Source: a virus (Duplodnaviria; Caudoviricetes). From it: DNA of 24,609 nt. This document shows, piece after piece, positions 7,913 through 18,075 of this stretch. Positions within the stretch are counted from its first letter, which is position 1. Every line of letters starts with the position of its first letter. The stretch spans positions 1 through 24,609 of IMG/VR virus record IMGVR_UViG_3300017909_001287, one strand, 5' to 3'. Both the position numbers and the translations under genes were made by a program. The notes under the pieces were generated by a model that was given only the letters and a program-made list of their open reading frames with translations, made no database searches and had not been told where the DNA came from.

Positions 7913-10591
7913 ATGGCTAGGGGAGAACCACCCGGCAGGCAGTTTACCAAGAGCCGCCCGACTGCAACGACTCTCAAAAGCAGGGACACCAGTGGGCTGA
8001 GTGGCCGAGAGCGTGCGGCTATTCAGCGAGCGAACAACGCCGCGAGAATTAGCAGCGGGCGGAATCTTGAAACCATTGCCAACGACTTACTCAACTTTAT
8101 TGGTGATCGCGACCTAATCAAGGCCGCGATGGACGGCGAAATCAACCCAGCACTTGCTGGTGGGCTGATCGCCGCAGGCATGGTTCCCATTCCGGGACCG
8201 AAGGCCGCCACCAAGGCTGTCGGCAAGACCGTCAGTAAGGCTAAGAAGGGTAAGAAGGCACCAGTACCCGAAAGTGGTCTGACTCAGACTATCGGTGACG
8301 CTGTTGGTGAGTCCGGTCAAAAGGCTGCCAATGAGGCCGTGGGTCGTAAGACCCCCAAGACGGCGACAGGCTCCAAGGAAGTCAGGGCACCCAAGGAGAA
8401 GCCATCTCCTAACCCGCCGCGTCGTGAGGATTACGCTCACGCCTCCTCCCATTCGCGTGCCGTATCCAACTGGCAGAAGAAAGTTGATGCGTGGAACAAG
8501 TCCAACCCCGAGAATCAGGTTGCTCAGGCGACGCCAGACCGCTTGACTCCGGGTCGGGGTAAGGCTGCGACAGACACTGAACGCCAGGTCAAGAAGGCGG
8601 AGGCGGACAAGTCCTCTGAAGAGAAGGCGGTCGTAGCGCGAGGAGAGCGCGACGCAAGTAAGGCCCGCCGCGAACAGCAAGTGGCAGAGGCTCGGGAAGA
8701 TACTGGAGTCGCTGACGTTACCCGCGAAGAGGTTAGTAGATTCGTCGATAAGCGTGCGGACCGCATGGGGGTACGTCAAGCAGGCGGAGGCAAAGCGCCA
8801 AACAGAGAAACAAAGACTGACGATCTTTTAGCAACGATGCGTAAGCAGTTGGATGCTCGTGACCGAACCCCCGGCGCTCCCGACACCATCAGGCTTGACG
8901 AATCCGGGATGCTAACTCCGTATTCCGATCCTGGTCGCTTCACTCGCCCAACCATGATTGAGCAGCAAAGGGCTGAAATGCAAGCGGCACGCTACGAGGC
9001 TGCAACCGGGCGATCTTTCCCTCCCAGCGATGATCGCATTCGTCGTGAAGGCCCGAAACCCGCCGAAGGTTTCGCTAGGCCTGCTGCCGGTTCAACAGAA
9101 CGTAAACTTCAGGATCAAGCGAAAGCGGAAGACCTACGAGCCGACGCAGCCAGAGGGCGCGCCGAAGAGTTGATGGACTCTAATCGACCAACTGGTGAGC
9201 CCGGCTCAACCCAGCGTGCACCTGATTACCAGAAGGGGCCAGATGAAGGCCCGAAGTCTCCCGTACCCGATTCTGCTTATGCTGGTTACTCTCGACCACA
9301 ACCAGGCCGAGCAACCACACCAGCGCAGGCTGAACAAAATGTGCGCATCGGTCGCGCAGAAGGAACAGTGGTTCCGGGCCGCATGACGACACCGCAACCA
9401 GACTTTAGTGGGATGCCACGCGGTGCGCCTGTAATGGGTAGGGGAGAACGCGGCTCTCAGCCGATGCGGACATACGAGCCAATGACTGACGATGATTACG
9501 CAGCCCAGGGCCTCTTCCCGGTTGAGCGAATGCAACTTGATGACAACGGCAACCCTGTAATTTACACTGAGTACTTGAGGGTAGACCCGGATGTCTACAT
9601 CGGCGGGCCAGGCACGCCGCCGTCCCTAAAGACGTCTCGGCCCGGTTATCAAGGCTTTGGTCAAGGTGGGCCTGCCACCACGAGAGTCGTACCCGAAAAA
9701 ATCGCTACACCGCAAGCACCGGACGGGGGTGACCCGGGGTTATTCGTTACGAAGGAGGACCTTGAGGCTCGTACGCCAACACCCGGTGCGGAGGGGCCGA
9801 AGAAGGGCAAGCAACAGCAGCAACAGCAGCAACAGCCGCCGCAATCTGGTGACCAATCACCCGAGGCCCGCCGTGCCCGAATGTACGAGGGTTACCGCAA
9901 CTTAGAACGCCAAGGGCTTCTGCAACCTGGCGACGCTGACCGGATTATGTCCGGCGGCAAGGGTGCCAAAAAGGTCTTTGAGGAAACACCAACTGGTGAG
10001 CAGCGCAGCAGGGGCGTAAAGCCTGGGAGAGCCACCAGGAAAGACGACGAGCGGAAAGCGCGAGAGGCCGCCATCGCAGCCGGTGATCCACTTCCAGTCA
10101 GCAGAGGTAGACGTTTTAGGAACTTGGGCTTGGGTGGTGGTGCTGCTGCACTTGGCACAACAGCCGCCATTGCGGGAATTGGCCTCTCGATGGATCCACA
10201 GACTAACGACCGTCCGGTTATTATCCCCGGCGAGGCGTACGATTCTAAGAATGCTTTCCGGCCAGCGTCCCGTACGCCAACATCCGGTACGCAAGATAGG
10301 CCCAAGCAGGGTTTCTTGAGGGACAAGTACGGTCGTCGCATCACTCGTGAGGAGTTTGAGCGGCGCAAGGCATTCCGTGCGAAGCGTGAGCGCCTGAAGG
10401 GTCAGGTTCCCGGTGAAATTCTTCGGCAAATAACCGAGAAAGAAATGAAGCGTCGTAAGCGTTTCCGAAGCAACTTCGGAGATCGCAGCGCGTACAACGT
10501 CGCTACCCGAAACATCGGTGCTGGCGGTACGCAAACTCGCATTCTTGACACCGATGCGCGTAAGAGACTGAGTGGAGCGTTCCGTGGCTAA
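7913..10591 (+). CDS. Large low-complexity protein, putative internal virion/ejection protein
   Basis: 892 aa, rich in P/G/R/A/E with no Cys; two hydrophobic Gly/Ala segments; lies in the morphogenesis operon. Confidence 0.65.
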   Translation: MARGEPPGRQFTKSRPTATTLKSRDTSGLSGRERAAIQRANNAARISSGRNLETIANDLLNFIGDRDLIKAAMDGEINPALAGGLIAAGMVPIPGPKAATKAVGKTVSKAKKGKKAPVPESGLTQTIGDAVGESGQKAANEAVGRKTPKTATGSKEVRAPKEKPSPNPPRREDYAHASSHSRAVSNWQKKVDAWNKSNPENQVAQATPDRLTPGRGKAATDTERQVKKAEADKSSEEKAVVARGERDASKARREQQVAEAREDTGVADVTREEVSRFVDKRADRMGVRQAGGGKAPNRETKTDDLLATMRKQLDARDRTPGAPDTIRLDESGMLTPYSDPGRFTRPTMIEQQRAEMQAARYEAATGRSFPPSDDRIRREGPKPAEGFARPAAGSTERKLQDQAKAEDLRADAARGRAEELMDSNRPTGEPGSTQRAPDYQKGPDEGPKSPVPDSAYAGYSRPQPGRATTPAQAEQNVRIGRAEGTVVPGRMTTPQPDFSGMPRGAPVMGRGERGSQPMRTYEPMTDDDYAAQGLFPVERMQLDDNGNPVIYTEYLRVDPDVYIGGPGTPPSLKTSRPGYQGFGQGGPATTRVVPEKIATPQAPDGGDPGLFVTKEDLEARTPTPGAEGPKKGKQQQQQQQQPPQSGDQSPEARRARMYEGYRNLERQGLLQPGDADRIMSGGKGAKKVFEETPTGEQRSRGVKPGRATRKDDERKAREAAIAAGDPLPVSRGRRFRNLGLGGGAAALGTTAAIAGIGLSMDPQTNDRPVIIPGEAYDSKNAFRPASRTPTSGTQDRPKQGFLRDKYGRRITREEFERRKAFRAKRERLKGQVPGEILRQITEKEMKRRKRFRSNFGDRSAYNVATRNIGAGGTQTRILDTDARKRLSGAFRG
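9812..9835 (+). repeat. 9-bp tandem repeat (CAACAGCAG) x2.7 encoding Q8
   Basis: Read directly. Confidence 0.85.
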
Positions 10592-11012
10592 ACGAAAAGG
10601 CGGATATCGCGCCCCGAGCACGCCCGCTCCAGTTAGCGGGCCGGGTCCGATGTCTAAGCGAACTGACGGAACCCCTCAAGGTGCGAAGCCGATTCCCGAC
10701 GCCGCCTACGGCGAGCAAAAAGATTTTATGGGAATCCAGAAGGGTGCGCCAATGGCCGGATCGGCCAAGGCGATGCCCAAGATTACGCCGTTAGACGCAC
10801 CAACTCAGCGTCCAGAGGAGCCGGTGACTGCCGGTGCACCCTCTGGCCCCGGTGGTGGCCTGGAGCAGTTGGGCGTGGGGCAGAAGTCAATGCTTGAAGA
10901 CTTCGCGGCGTTGCGTGCGTACCTGCCATTGATGCAAATGTACGCAGACTCAGAAGCATCGTCAGGAACGATGCGTGCCTTTGTTCGATACTTGAAGGGT
11001 GTTTCGGCCTAA
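10584..11012 (+). CDS. Conserved actinophage-type virion-associated protein (GGYRAP..PAPVSGPGPMSKRTDG motif)
   Basis: GGAG RBS with GTG at 10584 overlapping the previous stop. The N-terminal motif is recalled from actinophage post-portal proteins. Confidence 0.75.
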   Translation: MAKRKGGYRAPSTPAPVSGPGPMSKRTDGTPQGAKPIPDAAYGEQKDFMGIQKGAPMAGSAKAMPKITPLDAPTQRPEEPVTAGAPSGPGGGLEQLGVGQKSMLEDFAALRAYLPLMQMYADSEASSGTMRAFVRYLKGVSA

Positions 11013-11182
11013 TGATTTTCTTGCGCTACTTCGAGGAGAACCTTGAGGCGTTGGGATTTGATTTGGCTCCTCTGGCTTGGGATCTTTCTAAGATTCCGTA
11101 CGCCAACGAGTCGGAGCGTCGTCAAGTATTGAACGACATCATTCGGAGGGGTGACGCTAGTGGCGATAACGCTGCCGGATAG
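11012..11182 (+). CDS. Small 56-aa protein (MIFLRYFEENLEALGFDLAPLAWDLSKIPYANESERRQVLNDIIRRGDASGDNAAG)
   Basis: Not in the ORF track. TAATG coupling with the previous gene; fills the gap. Confidence 0.7.
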   Translation: MIFLRYFEENLEALGFDLAPLAWDLSKIPYANESERRQVLNDIIRRGDASGDNAAG

Positions 11183-14100
11183 CCCCGATGTCCCGGCGGG
11201 GCCTGCGCAAAAGCCAAGCATCGCAGAAAGTTTCAAGCCTAGTGTGCAGCCAATACCGCAGGCTAGGACTGCCGTTGATCGAGCCGAAGAAGCCATTGGC
11301 CGACCCATTCAGTCCGCACTCAACAGCCCTCTCGGTATTGTTCTCAACCCGGCGATGCAAGGCATCAACGCCGTGTACAAGAGGACATTTGAGCCTGCAT
11401 TCGAGACATTATCGGGGTACGCGCTTGAACCCGAAGTCGCTCGACGGTACCCCGAACTAAATTTTGAGCAGGTTCGGAAGGTCTCCCGTGACTACGCGAA
11501 CGAGATCTCCGTAGGCCAGTCGTTTGCTCGCCTTCCCTTCGAGTACATGAATCTCACTTCGGACGCTCTTCCCGAGTTTATGCAGGAAGACTTCGACATT
11601 CTCGATCAGGAAGATCGCGACATTGCGTACAAGAGCCAGTTTGCTGGCTGGGCCGCCTCCTCCGCACTCGACATTGGCAAGATAGTTGTAGCCGAAAAAG
11701 GCTTTGGCCCCGTGTGGCGTGGCGGCAAGGGCATGGTCCTGGGCCGCAACACGATCAGGAACAAAAAAGATTTAGAGAAGTACATGCTTCGCCTCGACAA
11801 GGCGGAGGACTACTTCAAGAATGGGAACAGGGGGCCGCGTAGCGGTGACGTTCGACTGATCCAGCAGTTAGTCGAGTCAAAAGACCCGTTGAAGATTGCC
11901 AGGAATCCGCTCATGGCAAATGGCAGCGTGGCAAACCCTGATCGGGCTATCGCGATTGTCTCCAACCTTGATGATGCAACATCGGTCATAAACTACCTCC
12001 GCGCAGAGCGCGGAAACCGTCAAGCGTTGAAGGATCTGTGGAAGGCGCAGCCCCTTGCGGCTGATGCCGTGGACGACTTCGGGGTTCGCTTCACTCCGCT
12101 TGATGATATGTCACAGATTCACGCGCTACCAAGCGTGCAGCGTTCTAAAAAATTGCAGGCTGTCTATGCGGACTGGACGAAGAAGAACCCTCAGTTCGCT
12201 CGCGCCATTGATGACTTCATCACCGAGGTGGAGTCGGGTGCTGGTATTTCGACGTACACCACCAGGCGGTCAATATTTGGTGGTGCCTTCGATTCCCTCG
12301 CAGATCGAGCAACGGTGCCCCGTGGAATGCGCAAGACTGCGACTCAGTTTGGTTTCGTTGAGAATGACGGGGTTTTCGCTCGACTGTTCGAGAACGGGCC
12401 TTTCCAGCGTGCAGTGCGTGTAATTTACGCACCATCTCGTGCTCGCCGCAGGGCCGAAATCAATATCTCTAATCCTCGCCAGATGGAAACCGCTTGGCAG
12501 ATTGCTAGCGAGTTGAACCGGGTTCGCGCCCTGGGGACGCCAGAAGGCACGCGGTTCAAGCAAAACGCTATCCGTCGCTACATGCGTGCAGCAACAGACA
12601 CTGAGCGTCAAAGAGTATTCGAAAAAATCGAGCAGGGCACATTGTTGCGGATCGCCCGGGCCTACGGCGTTGAGGGAATGACCGGCTCCACTAGATCAGA
12701 TAAACTTATCACGCAGATGGACGCCATCTACAAAAGCATCGACACGCGCCGCACCAACATTCAAAAGTGGGCGGAAGAGCCCGGCGTGTGGCCCGACGCC
12801 GATGGCACCTTGAATGTGACGGTTGGGCCGAAGTTGCGATCAACTGAGCCCTCCTCAGTCGTCATGCTTGATCTTGCGGGACTTGAGCGAGCAACAATCA
12901 GGAATGTTCGTGACGCATACAAGCGTTCACGAGAGGGTGGATGGACAGGTAAGACTCGGCCTTCCGCAGGAACTGCCGCGCGCGCACGCATGGGCGATTT
13001 TAGTTACGGTGCTGGTCAGTTCTTCGATATGGTAAACATTTTCTTCTCCAACAACGTTTTGCTCCGTGTCGCCTACATTCCACCGAACGTAATTATCGAC
13101 CCGATTCTTCGCGCAACGATGGATACCGAGTCGCTGTTCATGACCCGAAACGTGTTCCCGGGGCTGGCAAACTCAGTCTACAACAACACGCAGCGCGTCG
13201 TAAACGGGGTGTACCGCGCTCGCACGTACCGCTCTAGGAAGGAAGCAAAAAAACAGTTTGAGGGGCATGCCGAAGAGCAAAGAAAAAAGCAAGAAGCAAT
13301 AGCCGAACTTGAGGGAAAACTAGAAGAAGCGCGCAAAAACGGCGAAGACGTTACCAAGAAAGAAGAGCGCCTAATAAAGAAGCGTGCGGAGTTGGTTCGG
13401 TTTGAGAAGCGGACCGAGAAAGCCCGCAAGGAATATTTACGGTACACCACGGAACGTGGCCGCAGAAAGAAAAATCGCGCAGCGATTGGTACTGGTCGCC
13501 AAGCAGTTATTCGCCGTCGCGACGGAAGCCCCTTCCCTCGGTTAGTAGCCGAAGATCGTCGCTGGGAGTTCGAGGTTGACGGCCAGAAGTTTGACGTGCT
13601 TGATGTTGAGGATCCCAGTGTCAAGGGAGTTCGCCCGTACCAACAGGAATACGACGCCTACAACAGTTTCCTCGCCGCCTCCAGAACATCTGAGGCCCGT
13701 GACCGCTTGCGGTTGCGACAGGGAGAATTAGACGAGATTGCACCCGAACCGGGGAGTTGGCAGGCTTACGTTGACGCGGTGACGCGCTTGGCAAACCGTA
13801 ACTTCCGTAACGAGTTGGACGAGGTTGGCGGTCTGATCTTGCGAGGCGCAAGCGCCGAAGACATCCTTCGTTACCTTGACAGCCCTGATGGCGCTGAGTA
13901 TCGAGTTCGCATTCTTGACATGCTCAGGAAGGAAAAAGAAACACCTGACGGTAGGGTTCTCACCCCCCGAGAACGACTCGCTGAGTGGGTAGACGACACT
14001 ATCGAACAGGCCGACCTGCTGTTCCCCGACCCGGCGATGCGGAAGACCATACTTGATCGCGACATAACCGTCGAGGAGGTCAGCAACTACCTTCAAGGTC

Positions 14101-16133
14101 GCGACAGGTTGCCGAAAGTCATGGGCAGAAAACTAGAGTTGCAGACGAAAAACTGGCGCGATTACACGTACCGATTTGCTGGGAACGTGCAAGATGCGGT
14201 CTGGAAAGGGTTTGGCGCACTAGAGACACGCATTTCCCGCAGCCCACTTTTCCGCTACTACGTGCGCGAAGAAATGAAGTTGCAAATCGCTGCCGCTAAA
14301 CGCGCTGGCGTGAAGGTGGATAACAGCGTCGTTCACGACCGTATTCGCCAGATCGCCTACCGCCGCTCGTTGGCTCGCGTCGAGAACACCATGTACTCGG
14401 TGCGGAACTTGACCAACGCTGGCTACATGGCTCGCTACCTGATGGCGTTCCCGCAGGCGTTCTTCAACAGCCAAATTGTTGCGGCTCGACTGCTGTGGAA
14501 GAACCCAGCAAACGCCCTGTACTACCAGAGCGTGTTCGATATGTGGGACGGATTCAATCCGATCATTGACGATCAGGGTAACGAGTACGAAAACATATCT
14601 GACGTTCCCAACGATGTTGCGGTGAAGATCGCGTTCCCAATGCAGGACACTGCTGGCCCTATTGGTGCGATGGGTGGGGCTTTTGGCAAACTTGTTGCTG
14701 GCGCGGAAGACCAGTGGTACGACAAAGACGGGATTGGTGGCACGTACATCAACCCGCGCATGATGGAGTTCATGGTTGGAGATCCGTCGATCTCGTGGTT
14801 TGCCAACATTGGGTTGTCGCAAATCGTATCGCAGATCAAGGAGTACCCGTTCATCAAAAAGAACGGCCCTGAGATCGCTGCTTGGATGCGCGAGAACTTG
14901 GGTGACGACGTTTACGAGCGCAGCATTTTCTACGGTGGGGAACCCCTAGACACAAAAAATCCTATTGACACCGCCAAGAGGGCGCTAACTTCTGGATACC
15001 AATTATCATTGGCAAACACGGCATCAATGTTCGCGGGAGCCACGGAGCAAGGTCTTTTCACGGCTCCAAACTATGCCGCTCGGGTCAGTGCTGTGATAAA
15101 GATGGACGCAGAAGACGCCATTCGGCAGGGCCGAGACATCTCCACACCAGAACAGGTGGTCAAGGCCGCAGTATTTTCAGAGTTCATTCGCTCTGTCATG
15201 CAGTTTGGTTGGTATCCAAACATTATCGTAGATACGCGCACATCAGCGATGATGCGCCTTTACGGCAACTTGTTGGAGCAGTACGATGACGGAGATCAGG
15301 CAGAGCGCGAACTGATTCGCTTGGTTGGCGTACCTGGACTCGCCCAACTGGCTTCCACATACGACAAGACTGCTGGTACGCCAAGTTCAATGAAGAGCGT
15401 AACGCTCGTCAAGGAAGAAGAACAAGTTCTAAGAGAAATATTCCAGGCTACGCAGGATGTCCAGTACGCAGGCTTCATGTTCCAGAGTTACGGGGAAGAG
15501 GAAGACGAGTACGTCGGAGAGGCGCGAGCGGCACTACGTTCTGGAAAATATCCTGGAACTAATGAGCCTTTCTTGGAGCGCCGCGACGGTGTGGAGATTC
15601 AGCAAGCGGCAATGACTCGCGTTGGATGGGCGGAGTTTGACGCACTGAGGAACTGGCAAGCGGGGAAGATGGCTGAGTACGGCATCACCTCGACGCAAAA
15701 AAAGCGGTACGTGACGAGTGGCTTGAAAGAGGAGTACAACCGAAGGTTCGAGAAACTCCGCGAAAACCGTCCGTGGAGTAACGCATACAACCAGCGGCGA
15801 GAAGATTTTTGGGATCAGACGGTCAAGGCGATGACAATTGCCGTGGAGGATGACGGGTTCATGCGTCGGCAGAGAGACCGAATCCCCATTCTGCCGGAGT
15901 TGCGCACGTGGCTGGATAACATGATTTTGCTAAAAAATTATTACGAAGGAACGAAAATCACAGCGTCCACTAAAGACAACACGCGGGCGAAAGACGCGAT
16001 GCTTGAGTGGCACTACACCTTCGTGAACAACGCCTCTCCTGAGTTCCAGGAGTTTTCCTCTCGGTGGCTGACGATGCCCGAGGAGGACGATCAAGTGACG
16101 CAAGAGGTGGCTGAATTGATGGGAGTGGGATAG
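11160..16133 (+). CDS. Very large putative internal virion (DNA ejection) protein
   Basis: About 1657 aa, helical and charged, no Cys, central K/E coiled coil. GGAGG at 11145-11149 favours GTG 11160 over 11151. Confidence 0.7.
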   Translation: MAITLPDSPDVPAGPAQKPSIAESFKPSVQPIPQARTAVDRAEEAIGRPIQSALNSPLGIVLNPAMQGINAVYKRTFEPAFETLSGYALEPEVARRYPELNFEQVRKVSRDYANEISVGQSFARLPFEYMNLTSDALPEFMQEDFDILDQEDRDIAYKSQFAGWAASSALDIGKIVVAEKGFGPVWRGGKGMVLGRNTIRNKKDLEKYMLRLDKAEDYFKNGNRGPRSGDVRLIQQLVESKDPLKIARNPLMANGSVANPDRAIAIVSNLDDATSVINYLRAERGNRQALKDLWKAQPLAADAVDDFGVRFTPLDDMSQIHALPSVQRSKKLQAVYADWTKKNPQFARAIDDFITEVESGAGISTYTTRRSIFGGAFDSLADRATVPRGMRKTATQFGFVENDGVFARLFENGPFQRAVRVIYAPSRARRRAEINISNPRQMETAWQIASELNRVRALGTPEGTRFKQNAIRRYMRAATDTERQRVFEKIEQGTLLRIARAYGVEGMTGSTRSDKLITQMDAIYKSIDTRRTNIQKWAEEPGVWPDADGTLNVTVGPKLRSTEPSSVVMLDLAGLERATIRNVRDAYKRSREGGWTGKTRPSAGTAARARMGDFSYGAGQFFDMVNIFFSNNVLLRVAYIPPNVIIDPILRATMDTESLFMTRNVFPGLANSVYNNTQRVVNGVYRARTYRSRKEAKKQFEGHAEEQRKKQEAIAELEGKLEEARKNGEDVTKKEERLIKKRAELVRFEKRTEKARKEYLRYTTERGRRKKNRAAIGTGRQAVIRRRDGSPFPRLVAEDRRWEFEVDGQKFDVLDVEDPSVKGVRPYQQEYDAYNSFLAASRTSEARDRLRLRQGELDEIAPEPGSWQAYVDAVTRLANRNFRNELDEVGGLILRGASAEDILRYLDSPDGAEYRVRILDMLRKEKETPDGRVLTPRERLAEWVDDTIEQADLLFPDPAMRKTILDRDITVEEVSNYLQGRDRLPKVMGRKLELQTKNWRDYTYRFAGNVQDAVWKGFGALETRISRSPLFRYYVREEMKLQIAAAKRAGVKVDNSVVHDRIRQIAYRRSLARVENTMYSVRNLTNAGYMARYLMAFPQAFFNSQIVAARLLWKNPANALYYQSVFDMWDGFNPIIDDQGNEYENISDVPNDVAVKIAFPMQDTAGPIGAMGGAFGKLVAGAEDQWYDKDGIGGTYINPRMMEFMVGDPSISWFANIGLSQIVSQIKEYPFIKKNGPEIAAWMRENLGDDVYERSIFYGGEPLDTKNPIDTAKRALTSGYQLSLANTASMFAGATEQGLFTAPNYAARVSAVIKMDAEDAIRQGRDISTPEQVVKAAVFSEFIRSVMQFGWYPNIIVDTRTSAMMRLYGNLLEQYDDGDQAERELIRLVGVPGLAQLASTYDKTAGTPSSMKSVTLVKEEEQVLREIFQATQDVQYAGFMFQSYGEEEDEYVGEARAALRSGKYPGTNEPFLERRDGVEIQQAAMTRVGWAEFDALRNWQAGKMAEYGITSTQKKRYVTSGLKEEYNRRFEKLRENRPWSNAYNQRREDFWDQTVKAMTIAVEDDGFMRRQRDRIPILPELRTWLDNMILLKNYYEGTKITASTKDNTRAKDAMLEWHYTFVNNASPEFQEFSSRWLTMPEEDDQVTQEVAELMGVG

Positions 16134-16135
16134 TC

Positions 16136-17032
16136 GTGGCCCCAGGTACACCTGACCATATTGGCCCGGGCAGTCCCGTGGCACTTGGCCCGACGAGGGG
16201 CCTGACCCAAACCCCTGAAGGAGGTTACCGTCAGGGAGATTTCATCGTGTATTACGATGAAACGGGTCAAATCACTGGCTACATGAATGTCAATGACGAA
16301 AAACTCAAACTCCCCCTAGTCTGGACGGTCGATAAGACAACTGGTCAACCGAACGCTATGGGGCCTGGTGGGCTTGCTGACCCTGATGTTGCCAAGCAGG
16401 AACTCCAGATTTGGTACGAGAACGACACTCCTCAGTGGAAAATAATCCGCAAAGACTACCTTGAGATGGGTGTTACCGGCAGGACTCCCGAAGAGGTTGA
16501 CGCAAAAATCTATCGGCTAGTTTCGGACGGCATTGACTTTACTCAAGTTCCTGGCTCTGGCATTACTGACCCGTACGACTACACGAACACTAAAAGCGGC
16601 ATGGAAATCATGGAGGGCTCTAGCCGTGGTGGTGGTGGTGGTGGCTCTTACGGCCCTTACAGTTACGAGTCAACGGACGTTGCCCTGTCTAGCGATTCCG
16701 GGGCAATGGAGATCTTGGATCAGGCATACCAGCAGTACCTGGGTCGCGTCGCGACGACTGAGGAGAGTCAGGCGTTCAAGCAAGCCTTGAACATGATGGA
16801 GCAGATGAACCCCTCAAGGAGCGTTATCGAGGGTGTCTCCGGCAAGGGCACTGATACTCGAACGCAGACTACGGAGGGCGGCTTCAACCCGAGAATATTC
16901 GCTCGGGATTACGCGATGGCTACGCCTGAGTACGCGAACACGTTCGCAGCAAATACATTTATGACTGCGCTCAACTCGTTCTTGGAAGAACCGAATGCGA
17001 TTGAGCAGAGGATCGAGGGGATCAACGCATGA
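16136..17032 (+). CDS. Putative internal virion protein
   Basis: 298 aa, operon-coupled, acidic, with a Gly6 linker from (GGT)5GGC. Confidence 0.6.
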   Translation: MAPGTPDHIGPGSPVALGPTRGLTQTPEGGYRQGDFIVYYDETGQITGYMNVNDEKLKLPLVWTVDKTTGQPNAMGPGGLADPDVAKQELQIWYENDTPQWKIIRKDYLEMGVTGRTPEEVDAKIYRLVSDGIDFTQVPGSGITDPYDYTNTKSGMEIMEGSSRGGGGGGSYGPYSYESTDVALSSDSGAMEILDQAYQQYLGRVATTEESQAFKQALNMMEQMNPSRSVIEGVSGKGTDTRTQTTEGGFNPRIFARDYAMATPEYANTFAANTFMTALNSFLEEPNAIEQRIEGINA

Positions 17033-18072
17033 GCATGGGCGTTCCGAACCCCATTGATACCGACGGTGATGGCACTACTAGCCAAGAGGAACTGCAAGCG
17101 TACCTGAACACTCCGTTCGAGCAGCGAGTCGCTAGCCCCGATTTTGAGGCTATGGCTGAGATGTACGGCTTCGCTTCCGGTTACCTCAGTCAAACCCGTG
17201 CCCTGCAGGAACTGCTAGATATTGCTCTTCAGCGTGGCATGACCGACGTCACGATGATAAAAAACTTCATCGCAAACAGCGATTGGGGTTTGCGCTACAC
17301 AAGCACATACAACGAAGCAGAGCAACTGCGCCTGGGCGCACCAGAGGTGTGGCAGGCAACTGTCAATCGCACAGCGACGGAGATCAAGCAGCGTGCGCAG
17401 AACATGGGTGCCGACATCTCCGATGCGGAGGCCTTGGATTACGCACAGAAGTTCTTGCTGACGTCGAGCGGCGACAAGACGAGCCCCAACTACGAAGAGT
17501 TTGATGAAGATTGGCTTGATCGCGTCCTGTCGGGAAGCATTGACTTCAGCAAAACAAAGACTCTGAATGGTGTTACGTTCTACGACCTGTCGGGCACTGC
17601 GGAAAATCAGGCAGAAACCTTGTACCAGTTGGCGTACGAGTACGGCATGGACACGTCAATGTCCAATGCTGCATTTACCGGGTGGTTTGAGAACTCGGTG
17701 AAACGACTTGCGGGTCGTCAGACAACCACTGAGGATCTTGACGACGAGGTTGTCAACTATGCGATGTCTCGGTTCCCGGGATTGCAGCAGCAGTTGGCTC
17801 GTGGTCTTACGTTGAGGCAGGCGGCTGACCCGTACATGAAGGCGATCAGTGAGGTTCTGGAGTTCGATCCGAACACTCTGTCGTTTGATGACAACCTTGT
17901 TCAGCAGGTGCTAAACAGCGTTGACGAGCAAGGCAACTTCAAGCCAATGAGTTTGTACGACGCCAAGTTGGCTGCTCGACGGGATGATCGTTGGCAGTAC
18001 ACCAGCACGGCAAAGAACGAGTACACGACGCTCGCAAGCACCATTCTAAAAGACTTCGGGTTTTTGGGGTAG
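17029..18072 (+). CDS. Putative internal virion protein with N-terminal EF-hand-like loop
   Basis: 347 aa; ATGA overlap; DTDGDGTTSQEE near the N-terminus. Confidence 0.6.
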   Translation: MSMGVPNPIDTDGDGTTSQEELQAYLNTPFEQRVASPDFEAMAEMYGFASGYLSQTRALQELLDIALQRGMTDVTMIKNFIANSDWGLRYTSTYNEAEQLRLGAPEVWQATVNRTATEIKQRAQNMGADISDAEALDYAQKFLLTSSGDKTSPNYEEFDEDWLDRVLSGSIDFSKTKTLNGVTFYDLSGTAENQAETLYQLAYEYGMDTSMSNAAFTGWFENSVKRLAGRQTTTEDLDDEVVNYAMSRFPGLQQQLARGLTLRQAADPYMKAISEVLEFDPNTLSFDDNLVQQVLNSVDEQGNFKPMSLYDAKLAARRDDRWQYTSTAKNEYTTLASTILKDFGFLG

Positions 18073-18075
18073 CGG

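Noticed and set aside
11763-11773. A7 slippery run as a programmed frameshift
   Set aside because: The long ORF continues intact, and no alternative-frame product or stimulatory structure is evident.
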